Source: Lama glama (lineage: Eukaryota). Taken from it: a stretch of DNA of 64,000 nt. The translations under genes were made by a program, and so were the position numbers. The stretch lies in contig CM052817.1 in the NCBI GenBank assembly GCA_028534125.1, forward strand, positions 20,338,001-20,402,000. Reading direction: 5' to 3'. Below are positions 1 through 13,546 of the stretch, in pieces. The notes under the pieces were generated by a model. The model was given only the letters and a program-made list of their open reading frames with translations, searched no databases and was not told the origin of the DNA. How positions within the stretch are numbered: position 1 is the first letter of the stretch; the number at the start of each line of letters is the position of its first letter.

Positions 1-635
1 AATGCAGTGCATTCCAGCAAGAGAGAGCATATTCCTTTGTTTTTAAACAATTTGCAAAAATGTTAGATGTACTGCTTTATACCAGTGAAATATCTTGCTA
101 CTATATCAATACAAAATGCTTCTAGTAATGTCCTAAATGATGCACAAGACAGCATATTTATTGGTTGTAAAAGTATGTTCGTAGGCTTAACTTTACCACT
201 TTAATGGAGCAATAATTTACAGGCTGCTACAACCTGAAAAATAACTCGTGGTTTAAACCAGATTAAAGCCACAATTGATACTGAGGACTGCTGGCAAATT
301 TCCCAATCCATTACTGTTTGCAGATATTGAATGGTTGTTGCCAATATTTGTCATAAAGGAGATGCAAAAATATATGGAGCACTGTTCTCTTCATTTTTTG
401 ATGTCTGCTTATTGAACAAATGCTGGGAATGTGGGATTGATGTTCTTAACTGAGAAAAGTACATTATCTTAGCATTTGAGAATCAAGTAGGATTTCATTT
501 AATGAAAATAGTATAGCAAGAACCTCATGATTTCTAACTGTTACTCATTAACACTAGTTCCTATCCATATGGATAGCATAGGACTCTGTAGAGTTTATGT
601 CTGCATATTTGCTGCTTCTCTTACCCATCAGTTTC

Positions 636-766
636 TTTTTCTTTCTAATTTTTAAAAATTTTTATTGGGGGGAGGTAATTAGGTTTATTTCTTTTACTTT
701 TTAATGGAGGTACTGGGAATTGCACCCAGGGCCTTGTGCATGCTACCACTGAGTATACCCTCTCCT
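636..766 (-). mobile_element. tRNA-derived SINE, camelid Vic-1-like
   Basis: Reverse strand reads gagggtatactcagtggtagcatgcacaaggccctgggtgcaattcccagtacctccattaaaaa...cctaattacctccccc with an A-rich tail; A/B-box remnants; flanked by 12-bp TSD cccatcagtttc (624-635, 767-778). Confidence 0.9.
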
Positions 767-1938
767 CCCATCAGTTTCCTTCAAATCTCCAAGCTTTGAG
801 TGAGAAAATGATTTAACTCTGAAACAAGAAGCCAGAGCCGTTCTGCTATGCTGCCCCCACTTCACCTTCTGGAGGGCCTGAAGAATAAAAACTTCCTTCT
901 ACCTCTTTCTCATAGGGTGAGACTGTGTCACAGGACCAGCCCTAATTTCAAGGGAAACAGCCTTTTTCAAGTTGCGCACTTAGCAATCCCAAACAATAAT
1001 CAGTTTCTGCCAATGAAAAAAAGAGCAAATGAATACTGGGTAGGCATCTACCATTATCTGCCTTAGTAATCATGATCTAACATGATTAATATTTGACTTA
1101 CTGTCTTCTTGTTTCACAACAAAAGTCTCCCCACCCCCCATATCACCTACTCTTCAACCTGGAAAAATTTTGGAAAAGTCAGAGACCTGTCAGCAAGAGG
1201 TAAGGGGAGAATCTACCTTAAAATCCTCAGGGCATCTATCTCCAAAGACCCTTTCTTTCCTTAGATCCAAATGATTTTTAAGAGTAGTTTTAGGATTTCT
1301 ATGTACATGACAGATCAATTACTTGGAGAACTGTGAGAAATAGTTTGTGGTTTTCTCTGAATTTTTATAAAAATAGAAACTAGTTTTATTATTAAGCCAT
1401 TGTAATACAAAATTCAAATCCACAGCTTTACACTAGATCTGGATTCTTTGTTAAGAGGCAGGGCTTCATTGGTAGTCAATGTCTCTGTTTTGTTCATTTA
1501 TTTATTGTTTTCATGTGGCTTTTTATTTGTTCTCTTGCATTCAGACATTTCTTGTGAGAAATTAAACTTTACAGCTCATTTGAAGCATCCTTTGTACTCT
1601 TTCCTGGTTTCTCCTTTTCTACCTATATATAGACTGGAGCATGAATTTGGAACAATTTTGATGGTAAACTGTTGTGATTATTGAATCCCCAGGTTTGGAA
1701 TGATTTTCACAGGTTTGTGGAATATCCTATATTATGTCCTCATGACTCATACAACTGTAGAAGTTTAAGCTCACTTGCCCAGCCTTCCTTGTCTCTAGGG
1801 TCTGTCAGTCAGAAGTAATTCTGTAAAATGGGTTTAAAAGTATGATCAAACAAGTGTTGCAAGAAATACATTCTGGAAAGGGTGCTTAGCAAGATCCAAC
1901 TTGCAGTGACTGTATCAGGAAAGGTTCCAGCAAAAGCA

Positions 1939-2474
1939 TTGACAGATGACTGGATAAAGAAGTTGTGGTATACAATGGAATACTACTCGGTCATAAAAAA
2001 GAATAAAATAATGCCATTTGCAATAACATAGATGGACCTGGAGATTCTCATTCTAAGTGAAGCAAGCCAGAAAGAGAAATAAAAAATACCATATGTTATC
2101 ACTTATATGTGGAATCTAAAAAACAAAAGACAAAAATTTACAAAGCAGAAACAGACTCACAGACCTAGAAAACAAACTTATGGTTACCAGGGGGGAAGTG
2201 GGTGAGGAGATAAATTGAGAGTTCAAAATTTGCTGATATTAACTAATATATATGTGTGTGTATGTATGTATATATATATATATAAAACAAACAAGTTCAT
2301 ATAACACAGGGAATTATTCAATATCTTGTAGTAACTTATGGTGAAAAACAATGAAAACAAATATATGTATGATCATGTATGACTGAAGCATTGTGCTGTA
2401 CACCAGAAATTGACACAACATTGTAAACTGAATATAATTCAATAAAAATATATAAACAAACAAACAAACAAAAA
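1939..2474 (+). mobile_element. 5'-truncated L1 (ORF2 end plus 3' UTR), artiodactyl/camelid type
   Basis: L1 motifs acaatggaatactactc, atgccatttgca, atggacctggagatt, cttatggttaccaggggg; ends aataaaaa followed by an (AAAC)n tail. Confidence 0.92.
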
Positions 2475-2599
2475 AGAGCATCAAATTTCCAGCTTCAGCA
2501 AGTCAGGAACTTTTTCTCAGTGTTGGTGGCAGTGCCACCTACACTGTATCGTCCTCTAGTGCCTGCAGCCAAGTCTGAATATCTCGACTTTCAGATATT

Positions 2600-2693
2600 T
2601 GTAAATTCCTAATCATCCAAACTAGGATGTTTTTTAGTGAAACAGGAATAATGAGAACTCAGTCCAGACAAATTGGCACATATGGTCACCCTA
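2600..2693. mobile_element. possible hAT-Blackjack (MER81/MER94-like) fragment
   Basis: Ends in catatggtcacccta, the reverse complement of the TAGGGTGACCATATG terminal repeat as I recall it; only one end is visible. Confidence 0.45.
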
Positions 2694-4309
2694 TACAGAA
2701 AACAGTCGTGAATAAAGTGAAGCATAGGAGAAAAATCTAAACAGGGAGATTTTAGGAAGTGGTTATAATTATGGTAATTAAAAATTAGGAGTAGCTTAAA
2801 AAATTAGCAAGAAAAATTACCAGTAACAACTAGAAAGAGAGCAATTATTAATATTGGCCTTATTATTGTTCACTCTAGGTTTACAGACTCTTCTAGCCCC
2901 AAGTTTGAGGAAGAGAAGAAATTAAATATGGGATAGATTGAGACAGTGTCTCTACAAATGACATTGGTCTTGAGTATAGAGTTAACACCATCTCACATAT
3001 GTCCCTCATTATCACTAGAGGCTAACCAGGGGGGGAAATGTGTTTCTTTTCTAAACAAACACATGGTCATTGAAAGGAACGGTTGTAAATGGTCCCTTTA
3101 AAAAAGAAAACTATCGTCCGAAAGTGCCAGTGACGTAAGGACTACATACTTTACTGAGGGTGAGATCATTAACCAGGACTCCATTTATGGAGCAGCTTTT
3201 GTCTGCCTTCTTTTTTTTCCCCCCAGGAGAGCAACAAGTCTGGTCACCATTCACCTGGACCGAATTCAATCCATTAGTCTACAAGCCAAGATTCAGTTTA
3301 GTAGCTTGATCCATAGCTAACTAAAATATTAATTCCTTTAAAATATTAAATGACTTGGAAGCTATTGGTTGTGCATGTTAAAAGAGGAAGAGCCCGGGGT
3401 GCTGAGGAATGAAGTGAAGACAAAAAGCACAAGATAACATCTCTTTGAGGTTTCCCACCTCATCCTCCCTATGTGACACAAATAGCTGAGCAGGGGAAAC
3501 AGTAGCTGCTCTTTTTCTCATAGCTTTAAAAAAGCTGACAAACACTTCTCACTGCCGTTCTCTTTTCAAATAATAAATGTTTCACCTGGTGAACCACGAG
3601 GAGTATTTGGGGGATCAGATGTCCGGAAGAAAACATCGATACGACAGGGTGACATTTTAGTGTGTGGCCAATTCAGGGTTATTGAACAGAACCCTTTAAA
3701 TTAAGCACTGCTGTAGGATTTTGATTTTTTTTTCAATTTTCAATTAGGGTATAGAAGAAAGGAATTCATAATCTAACAAGTGAAGTAACAGCCAAGCTCT
3801 CATGAGGAGGATTGTAAAATTGAGCTAATACTTGAAAATCCGTAGCAGGCACATAAAGCAAGTATAAACTTTGACAACCTCCAGGTAACTTGATATTAAC
3901 ATTAACCTCTGGTAACACCCAAAGTCTTTTGACAGTGCCCAAAGTTCAAGATTATGTTCACCTGTGCTAAAGCAAGAATGAAACATCCAATATATTCTTT
4001 TCTCATCTGTTGACTATGGCAGAGACCTTATTTCTTAAGGGTTCTGGAATCAGTGTCTAATCTAGAACTAAGTGGCCCCAGTAGAGCTTGGTACACATTT
4101 GGAAACCTTTTGTGGTAACTGTCAATTTTGTGCCCTGCCAGATCATGGAATAACTCAGTCTAACCCTTGTGTCAAACAAGTGGTTGCATTTTATTCAAAC
4201 CTCTTTTTTCTATTTATGTCCAAGCATATAATTTCTGAAATGACATCGCCCTTAACTATGTGTCTCCCATAATTTTGTCATTAATTTCCCTTTGTTCATT
4301 ATACCTAAG

Positions 4310-4675
4310 CCATTTTGGTTGCTATTTCTTGAAGTCACCGTCGCTCTTCCCACCTTAGCGTCTCATATGACATTTCCTTAGTCTAAAATATTCTTCCCTT
4401 CTCTCACACACCAGCCCCAGCCCCAGCCCCAAACCTCACTCACATGGCTGATAGCTAAACAACGTTCAGGTTTGAATGTAAAATTTACCTAGTCCCTTCA
4501 TTACAAGTTCTCATAGCATTCTGCATTTCTCCTTCAAATCACTTCGCAATAATTATAGTTAATGTTCTGTATGCCAATCTTTGTTAAAAGCCTGCCTGTT
4601 AATATCACTATCTTCTGGACCTAAAAAGAACTGGGCTAATAGTAGGTATGCAAAAACCTACTTGAAAGGGTAAGT
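4310..4675 (+). mobile_element. L2 3' fragment
   Basis: Pyrimidine-rich decayed L2 pattern ending in aatagtaggtatgcaaaaacctacttgaa. Confidence 0.55.
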
Positions 4676-4939
4676 GATGTGAGAACTACTTCCTCACAGG
4701 TATAAATAAATGTCTGTAGGAAGATCCCTGAGTATCACCAAGAGAACCTTGATGACAGTGTTGTTCATCAGCATGTTAGCACATTCCCGAAATAATGGGG
4801 AAAAACTGGACCACTTTGCAGCTCAACGATGTTCCAGTCTGCTAAATTTCGTGCTATCAAGGATAGCATTAAGTGAAAGATTATTAACTAAAGCCTTTTA
4901 TTTAAAATCGGCTAAAGACTCAAAACACCAAACTAAGCA

Positions 4940-5120
4940 TAAGGAGACTGGAGTTCAGCTCTTTCGCTCAGGAGTCTCAGGAACAAATTGCATAACTTCT
5001 GTTACCCTAAACATTTTCCTCTGCAAACTGGAGAAATCCTCAGTTAAGACTATCAGAGTTAACTCTAGAGGTCAATCACTGCGAAGGTCACTATTGCTGA
5101 ACATACTACAAATGTGAAGA
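4940..5120 (+). mobile_element. MIR-family fragment
   Basis: Core-like ggagactggagttcagctc...ttttcctctgcaaactggaga. Confidence 0.5.
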
Positions 5121-5849
5121 ATTATTATGATGATTGGTTTGATGTCTAATGAATATAGAATTAGAAGGAAGATATATGTACCTCTGACTTATCTGTAGTT
5201 TAATAGGTACACAGAGATATGTATGTTCCATGCAGTATAAAAATGCTGTAGATTCAAATGTACTTGTAATTTTTATATTTATGCTTCATGTAAACCCATA
5301 TTTTCCTTCTCATCCTGCAAAGTAGGTAAGAATATTAATGTGGTGTCCTGAAAAGAAGCCAGACCCAGATTAATACCTGTCTCTCTGACAGGTGTTTATA
5401 ACTAATTAGCAGTATAAATTTTACATATATTTGAAGTTTTCAAGCATAATAAATAAATATGCAAACATGTTTCAGATATACTGCTTTAATCAAGACTACT
5501 AAAGATAAAGTAAGCTTGTACTGATTGAGACAAATTTCTGTCAAAGGTCTTACTAGTACCATTTTGCAAAATTTTGAAGTTTATTACAGCTACAAAGAAT
5601 GTGTTTGTTTTCTGAGGTGAAACATATTGCTGGCTGAAAAAGCATGCCAATTGCATTTTCTTGGTTCATTAGCTTTGAGTAGAAAATAATGTGAATATCA
5701 TAATCAAGTGTAAAGAAAGAAATATATTTTGCTGAGTTAAATTGGAATAATGCAAAATTAACATTCATTTTAATTTTATCTTATATTTCATACTCTTTAC
5801 ATTGATAATTTGAGTTTTTCTCATCATAGAAACTTCAGAAAAAAATACA

Positions 5850-6950
5850 AAATTATATTGAGAAAGTTCATATATGTGTGCCATATGTTCATAAACAGAA
5901 ATTAACATTTCTTTCTATGACTGTTCTGGGTGTTTCAACCATCTTTCTTTTGGGATTATAATGCTTTTCTTATTGAATCATAAATGTACTTTATTTATGA
6001 AAAAAAAAAAACTCTTGACTTGCTTTATTTAGGCAGATATTTTTCCTAGATTTGTTTTTTGACATTCTTATTTATTATGTGTATTGATAAAACAATATTT
6101 AAACGTTAAGTCAGACCCACCTCTTCTGTTGTGGATGTTGTTCTCAGTAATTTCTTTCATTGCTTTTATGTATGGAAAGAACTTTCACGTTCCAAGATAA
6201 GAGTCATCAACTTTTTAGTTCAGAACTTCTAGGTTTTCAAATTTTACATTTCAGTGTTAATGCTCCTGCAATTTACATCTGCTCCTGCAATTTACATCTG
6301 TGAAGTGTGGCTAGAACCTGAGCTTTTCAAATATTTATCATAATTCCAAGTGTCAATTATCAGTCAATCTGGTTTTCCCCCACTGATTTTATGACCACTT
6401 TCATCCTATACTCAATGAAATACATGTTAGGCTATGTTTATACATTGTATGTGTGTGTATTTGTGTGTGTGTCTGATAAATTGATTTTTGGTTAAATATA
6501 TTTTAATATTTACTAGAATAAGTGTCCTTTAAATATCTAAACTATTTATACTTCCAGGTTAACTTTATTTAGTATGACTTCATCATGTCACCAAAAAAAT
6601 CACATGGGCTTGTGACTAGAAAATTATTAAATTTAAATATTAATTTGAAAAGATTTTAAATCTTTATAATATTCAAAATTTCCATCTAGGAGTTTCTATT
6701 TTCCTAGCAAATTTTCAGTTATATCTCTGAAAAAAATTTTTTTTCTTCTTATAAATCCCATAATATTTATTATTACTAAATTCTTGCATATAATTTTGTT
6801 TTAGAAGCAGTTGATAATTACATAACATATAACTTATACAACAATAACTGTCCATACTGTATTTAGTAAACTTATGAATGTTTCTCTACGTTTATTTAGT
6901 GCCTGGTCACCTTGGTGATAATTTTTAGTACATTAAACTTTTCTATCTAT
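5850..6950 (-). mobile_element. ancient, highly decayed L1 (L1M/L1ME-like) fragments
   Basis: T-rich sequence with degraded antisense ORF2-like phrases such as ttttccccactgattt and attaatttgaaaagatt...atctttataatatt. Confidence 0.5.
6261..6298. repeat. perfect 19-bp tandem duplication
   Basis: tgctcctgcaatttacatc occurs twice, head to tail. Confidence 0.95.
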
Positions 6951-7080
6951 TCCTTATGTAAAGTTCCTTAAGTAAAGTTAAGTTACATGTGTTCCTTAAG
7001 AAAAGTTAGTATATAAGTGTTCTTCTGATTTTAGTTCTCTACTCCCAATGTTATGAAACACAAATTTAAGATTTCATTCA

Positions 7081-7261
7081 TTTTTTAAAAATTTTTTATT
7101 GAAGTATAGTTCTAATTTTTATTTATTTTTTTTTTTTAGTTTTTTTGGGGGGGTAGTAATTAGGTGTATTTATTTATTTTTAGATGTGGTACTGGGGATT
7201 GAACCCAGAACCCTATGCGTTCTAAGCATGCACTCTACCACTTAAGCTATATCCTTCCCTC
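7081..7261 (-). mobile_element. tRNA-derived SINE, camelid Vic-1-like
   Basis: Reverse strand reads ggatatagcttaagtggtagagtgcatgcttag...ctgggttcaatccccagtacc (A and B boxes); A-rich tail; TSD tcattca (7074-7080, 7262-7268). Confidence 0.92.
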
Positions 7262-10200
7262 TCATTCAGTTTTAAAATTCTTATATGAAATATTTCCTCC
7301 AGAAGTTCTTCTACCAGTTGTAATCCAAATAAAATGAGTTTGGTAATATAAATTGTATATCTGATTAATGTATTTTTGTTATATCAGCAAGGAGCTTGTT
7401 TATAACTGATAGCAGTGTCTATTAGTATAATTACAATAAGCTGATGTGTGTAGCCATCAAAGAAGTTATATTAATAACTACCAAGTAAGTCTTCTAGCAT
7501 AGCTCTTGATTTGTTCCAACATAATGTCTTATTCTTATGGAGGAATTATACTTGTGGGTCCAAATTCTCAGACCCTAGACCTTGGCTTCATTAGACTTGC
7601 CTTCTAATCAACAGAGTTTAACAGATAAATTTAGGATGACAGAGATCAGACTCATTAGAACCGCAGATTAAAAGCCATCTCTCTTAATGCCCTTCCCCAA
7701 CCTCTAATTCCCATTTTCCATTCTACGTGAAATTTCTTCCCCCAGTAACCTCACTGCTGGGATATACAGCCTTTAGTTACATATTTGTTCTATGTTTGGG
7801 TGGGAAATAAACTCACATCTTGGGAGTTTTCTCTCTGTTCCTTGGGTTATATACTTCTTTGGGATTTTGAAAGAGAATTGAAAGATTCTTACTCCTTATC
7901 ACTCATGGAGATATCTCATATATTTCTGGTTAGACTAGGCAACAACGAATAAACTTGCAGAAATCTGTAAGAGAATGCACCAAAATATTTAATAGGTTGG
8001 AAATGAAAGGTTAGGAGTTTCAGTCTTTTAGATGTTTTGAGAAGATGAGATTATGCAGATTTTAAAATGCAATTAAAATTTATCAAGAAATCAGCTATAA
8101 TTTTTAAATTAAAAGTAACAACTTTTTCAGGCTTTGTTTATTCAAATAACTATAATATTTTTAATTATTAAGTGACTGAGAGAATGATGATCTAACTGTG
8201 TGTGAGAATTAAAACTCTTTCTAAAGCATCTAATTCCTATCCAAGCAACATTTCTGGGGTGGGGGGCATTAATTCTGAAGCATTGGCTACCTACGTATTG
8301 GTAGGAACAGTGTGCCCTAGGTCTATTAAAGACTTATTAAATGCTTCATTAAATTATTCTTTATTGGAATTATACAAAGTTAACTTTTTTTTTTAATACC
8401 ATGCATCTGCTATAGAAGTGAGAACTAGTAATCAATGGAGGTGTGAATGCTGAGGATTCCTTAGCTAATGTCAGGGATCATGTTGTAAAGTCAGATTCAC
8501 ACAAATCAGAGGACTTAGTAGCAAGCACTACCAGTAATTTCAGAGATACAAGAGATCGAGGAGCATGGGCAAGTTAGAGATCATGAAAATTTTGTACAAC
8601 TATGTCCTTTCTGTCAACATGAGGCAGGTACTCCATGACTCAGAGTAATGTAAGGTGTCCCATGAGGTTTATGGGAAACCTTAAAGAGTGAGGAGGATTT
8701 AGTTTATGAAAAATCTCCGTTTGATACTCTCAGATAGTTACAGGGCTTACATGACATTTTCTAAGAGGCCATGCCTCATAAACTCCTGCAACACAAGTTT
8801 GTTTACCATAAACAATCCTAAAGAAAAAATGCCTTGTTAAAAGCACTTCATAGGTAACTACTAGCCTCCTGGCAAGCACTGCTTGTCTACTTACTAGGAG
8901 GTCCACTTACCAAGATGTTTACAAGAATATTATGCCAAGTAACCTACCTTCTTTCTTTCCCTAGAGGTGATTACAAGCCAACTTTTTAAACTACTTTTCT
9001 TCCCATTAATAACTTTGTGTGTACCTAAACAAAATGCCTATCAAAAGTCATTGTAACTTTTGATATTGATCTCTGGGTTTAAATCTTTCAGAAAGATCCC
9101 CTTAACATTTTTTGACTACAGAAAAACTAGATGTCGGCAGTAAGAATAATTCATTTGAGACATTTTTGGAATATATTTGTCTGAAGGTTAAACACAGTAA
9201 TTAAATATATCTAAACTCAGTAATGCCTATGTTTATTGGAATGGTATGTGACTGGAAAGTCTAGATAATAAAATATTAAATTAGTTGAAGGCTGCTCATT
9301 TATGTGGGCAAATTTCCCTGGGTGAAGAAAACAACAAATATGTAGGAATCTACAATCCTGGGATTGTTTTTCAAATATGCATACGTTTAGTGTTTGATTT
9401 ATAGTCTTATGGTTGCATGTTCCCAGGATGTGCATCAATATGGATAGAGGTATTTAACATGTGACTACCAGCCACTCAACTTTATTCTGAACCACAGAAT
9501 CTTTAACAAAATAATACATTCTGTAGGGATAACAGAAATACATGTCCAATGTCCCCAACCAAGTTCCAGAGTCCAAACATTGTACATACATGGAATTCGA
9601 GTTTCCTAGGAAGTTTGCAACCTTTTACTATAAATTTTTGAAAGCAATAATATTGTATTCATAAAAAGTCACAGCTCTTAATATATGAGCCTCAAGTTAA
9701 TCAAAACAGTTTAACAACTATCCTACACTTTTGGCTCTCTTGAGAAAAATGTCTTTTATCTGAGTCCTCAACCTCAGTTCTCTCCTTTCATTCCACACAG
9801 GCATATGGGTTTAGATTAAGATTTGCATAGTTAAACTTGATGTAAGGATTTCTCAAACATCCCATCATAGTGCACCATTGGTAAATAGTTCCACTGTGAA
9901 ATGTAATTGCGTATTTATCTAACCAGCATTTCTTAAGCAAATATTTTCCAAATTTACAACTGTCAAACAGGTCAGCACGCTACCTGAGCTATCATTTCTT
10001 CCTTACTTTTGAAGGCTATAATTAGCATATGTCATCCTGTAAAAGGTGATTTTTTTTAATCTGATAATTTCAGAATGTGAATTATTTGAAATTTAATCGT
10101 AATGACAATATAGTTTCCTCAATCTTTTCTATCGCTTTCAGTCTCACTGCTGGGAAGCTCCAAGTGGTTTTCATTGTATTTAGATATATGGCATTCTATC

Positions 10201-10899
10201 AGATTAATACTAGGTTTTTCTTTCCTGTCCAAAAATTTGAAGTCACACTAGACATGACCTAAAAAAGTTTGTTAAAAAATATGGGAAACTGAATTGGAGC
10301 TCAAATTCATGAGAAATGTGACTATAACCGTTTATAGGAAAGAAAATTATTTATTTCAGAAAGCCATCTTCAAGTAACAGCAGCACAGGCATTACAGGAA
10401 AAAAAAAAAGCAACCAAATAAATAAGGCAGAGTTAGTGAATCCTCTTTAAGGCGGATGTCACAATGATTTCTGGGCCACCGACATAAAAAGCCTATTGTG
10501 AAGGAAGCTCAAGACCTATTATAGAGCAGCACATTGTCACTTCTGTGAGTCCAAACAAAGCCCTGAGGAAATTGGTGCATCCAGTACATTCCTCTGTGAA
10601 ATACTGAATTACTTAGTTCTGAAGTGCCATTTTTGAGTTGCAAAGCTATTTCCTAGAAGCATTTCTCAATGTGTCATAGATTGCTTTAAAAAAGAAGTTG
10701 ATGACAATAGAAAAAAATAATAATAATACAATAACAGTATCAGTGGTAGTCTTAACAAATCCAGACTAACCATTTCTGAGCTGGATGAGCAGCAGCTGTC
10801 TCACATAAGGAAATGACACTCAGCCACATGTAAGAAAGCATATGTGCATGAGGAAAGATACTTTCCAACTGCTCCTTGAGTGGTTATACAAGTGGTAAT

Positions 10900-11120
10900 A
10901 TCATGGAATGGTTAAAGTGGAATTTCAATCCATTCCATACAGACCTGGTGTTGACTCTGGGCTCTACCACTATACAAGCTGTTTAAGCCTGATCGAGTAT
11001 CTGCATCTTGCAAAGTTCAGTGGTCTTATTTATAGACACTTAAAACATAGATAAGTGTCAAATTAAATTATGTGAAAGAATCCCTAGGCATCTAGAAAAA
11101 CACTACCAACAATTGTGATG
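10900..11120 (+). mobile_element. MIR
   Basis: cagacctggtgttgactctgggctctaccactatacaagctgt resembles the MIR core. Confidence 0.6.
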
Positions 11121-11239
11121 GTGACTACTGTGATGACATTATTTTTCTCTGTAAACTTATTCCTAAGTAAATGTAAAATGAACACATGTTATTTCAGGCA
11201 TCCACTGTGAGACTATTATATGAAACTATATTACTGCTG

Positions 11240-12900
11240 ACTCAGTCATTCATTTACTCAAAAAATTTGAACTTGAACATCTTTTATGTGCAAGACATTA
11301 ATCTAGGTACTTGGGATACTCAAGTAAATAAAACAGACATAGATCTCTAGTCTTGTGAGGTTAACATTCTATTAGACAATAGTAAATAAATACCATAAAT
11401 ACAGTAACATATTGGAAGTAGAGCAGCGATATGGAAAAATATAAACAGATCAGAATAAAAGGGAACTGGGAAAGGAGCACGGTGCAATTTTAATTACAAC
11501 TCACAGAAAAGGTGAATTCTGAGCAAAGGTTTGAAGGAGCTGTGGGCTTGACCACACATCAGGAATCGCTGGTACAAAGACCCTAAGATGGCAGAGACAA
11601 GTGTAGCTGGAGAAGAACCAGCAAAGCAGGGAGAAGTATGACAGGAAAAGATGAAGGAAGGACGCCCAGGTCAGCTACTACCTCATCAGACGCTGTAAAG
11701 GCTTTGAATTTTCCTCTCAGTAAAATGTAGAAAAATTTTAGGGTTTTGTTCAGAAGAGTAATGTGATTGCATTTGTTTATAAATGATCAGTCTAGATACT
11801 TTTTTGAGAACAGAATAAGGGGTTAGAGGGTAGAGAGGCCACTTAGGAGGCTACTGAAGTAATCTACGAGAGGGCTGTTGATACCAATCAGGGTGACTGC
11901 AGGAAACAGAGAGACAGGGTTAGATTTAAGATATACTTGGGATTTAAATTCAACTGGATTCCCTGTTGTTGAATACTGTGCGGGTTGTGAGAGAAATAGA
12001 TAAGTCTCCAATGACTCAAAGTTCTTAGAATTGAGCAACTGTAAAGAGTTGCCAAAAAATAGATCTGGGATGAATACAGAAAGAGGATAATTTATGTAGT
12101 CTTCTTCTGGGGTGAGCTGGGGTGAGCTGGGGTGTAAGGGAGGAGAAAGAGGCCAATCTGAGAGTTCAGAAATACTGTTTTTGAGATATTTATCAGATAT
12201 TCAAGTGGAAGTACCAAATAGACAGTTGATAAACAAGTCTAGGGTTCAAGAGAGAAGTCTGAATTGGATGTATACATTTGAGAGTCATCAGCATATAACG
12301 GGTATTTCAAGTCATGAGCCCAGAAATAATCACCATATGAGTGATGAATTAGAAAGGAGAAAAAGACCAACTTCTAAGTGTTGTGACATTAATAGGCAGG
12401 AGAGTCGTGAGCAAAAGAGATTTTAAAGAAAGACCACTCAGTTAGGAGATAAAACAAGGGCATGTAATTAATCATGATAAATGCTCCTAAGAGATAAAAG
12501 ATATTGAGGACAGAGAATGAACCGCTGGAAAGAACAGCATAAAGGCATCAGTGACCTTGAGAGGGCAGTTTCATTATATTGGTTGGAGGCAAAAACCTGA
12601 CTGAAGTGTTTTTTCTTTTAACATTTTTTATTGATTTATAATCATTTTACAATGTTGTGTCAAATTCCAGTGTTCAGCACAATTTTTCAGTCATTCATGG
12701 ACATATACACACTCATTGTCACATTTTTTCTGACTGAAGTGGTTTTAGAGAGGATGGGAACAGCGTACATAAACCATTACATGTTTTGGAAGCTTACCTT
12801 TCAGGTTTTAGCAAGAAAGGAGACTGGAAATTATGAAAAAGAGAAGAACTGAGGTGGGAAGGTACAAAGAGGATAAGGAGGGATTGCTCAAAGATAAAGG
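11240..12900 (-). mobile_element. long L2 fragment
   Basis: Starts with the antisense L2 tail (tcattcatttactcaaaaaattt...tgtgcaagacatt...aataaaacagaca), then purine-rich L2 body (tgagcaaaggtttgaagga, ttaggaggctactgaagtaatc, tttgagagtcatcagcatata). Confidence 0.85.
12609..12729 (-). mobile_element. young, severely 5'-truncated L1 (121 bp) inserted in L2
   Basis: ttttttattgatttataatcattttacaatgttgtgtcaaattccagtg is an antisense L1 3' terminus; perfect 12-bp TSD ctgactgaagtg (12597-12608, 12730-12741). Confidence 0.9.
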
Positions 12901-13092
12901 GGAATCTTTCCTGTGCATAAGAAACACAGGGAGTTAGCTGAGTAATGAGGCAAAGACCACTGCAGAGTAAAACAACCATACTGGTCCAGACCCACTGTCC
13001 TCCAAAACAAATATTCACTCCATTTTCAGAGGAAGGAATATGTTTTCAGAATGAGTCTCACAGACTGACAGAGTAAGCTGTAGCATATGTTG

Positions 13093-13546
13093 CTGCTGTG
13101 ATTTGAACTGTGTCCTCTAAAAAGATACATTCACGTCCTAACCCCTGCTGGTGCCTGTAAATGTGAACTTATTTGAAAGCAGGTTCATCGCAGATGCAAT
13201 CATGTTAAGATAAAGTTATATTGGATTAGGGTGGCTCTAAATCCAATAACTGGTGTCCTTACAAAAAAGCCATGTAAAGGCACAAATTTAGACAGAGAAA
13301 AGAAGTCTATGTGATGACAGAGGTAGAAATTAGAGTTATACAGCTGCAAGCCAGGGAATGCCAGATTGCCAGAAACCACCAGAAGCTAGGACAGGGAAAG
13401 GAAATTTGCTCTCTCAGAGAGAAAGGGGACCTGCTGACACCCTCATTTTGGACTTCTGGCTTCCAAACTGTGAGAGAATAAATGTCTGTTGTTTTAAGCC
13501 ACCCAGTGTGTGGAACATTGTGACGACAGCCCTAGGAAACTCATAT
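13093..13546 (+). mobile_element. MaLR solo LTR (MLT1C/MLT1D-like)
   Basis: gtcctaacccct...ggattagggtgg...ctgctgacacc...ccaaactgtgagagaataaatgtctgttgttttaagccacccagtgtgtgg...cagccctaggaaact. Confidence 0.9.

Noticed and set aside
4710..5117. 135-aa ATG-initiated ORF
   Set aside because: No recognisable domain, overlaps a MIR-like remnant, and has no promoter or splice support.
636..7261. Two tRNA-like sequences with A/B boxes
   Set aside because: They have A-rich tails and TSDs and no intact cloverleaf, so they are SINEs and not tRNA genes.
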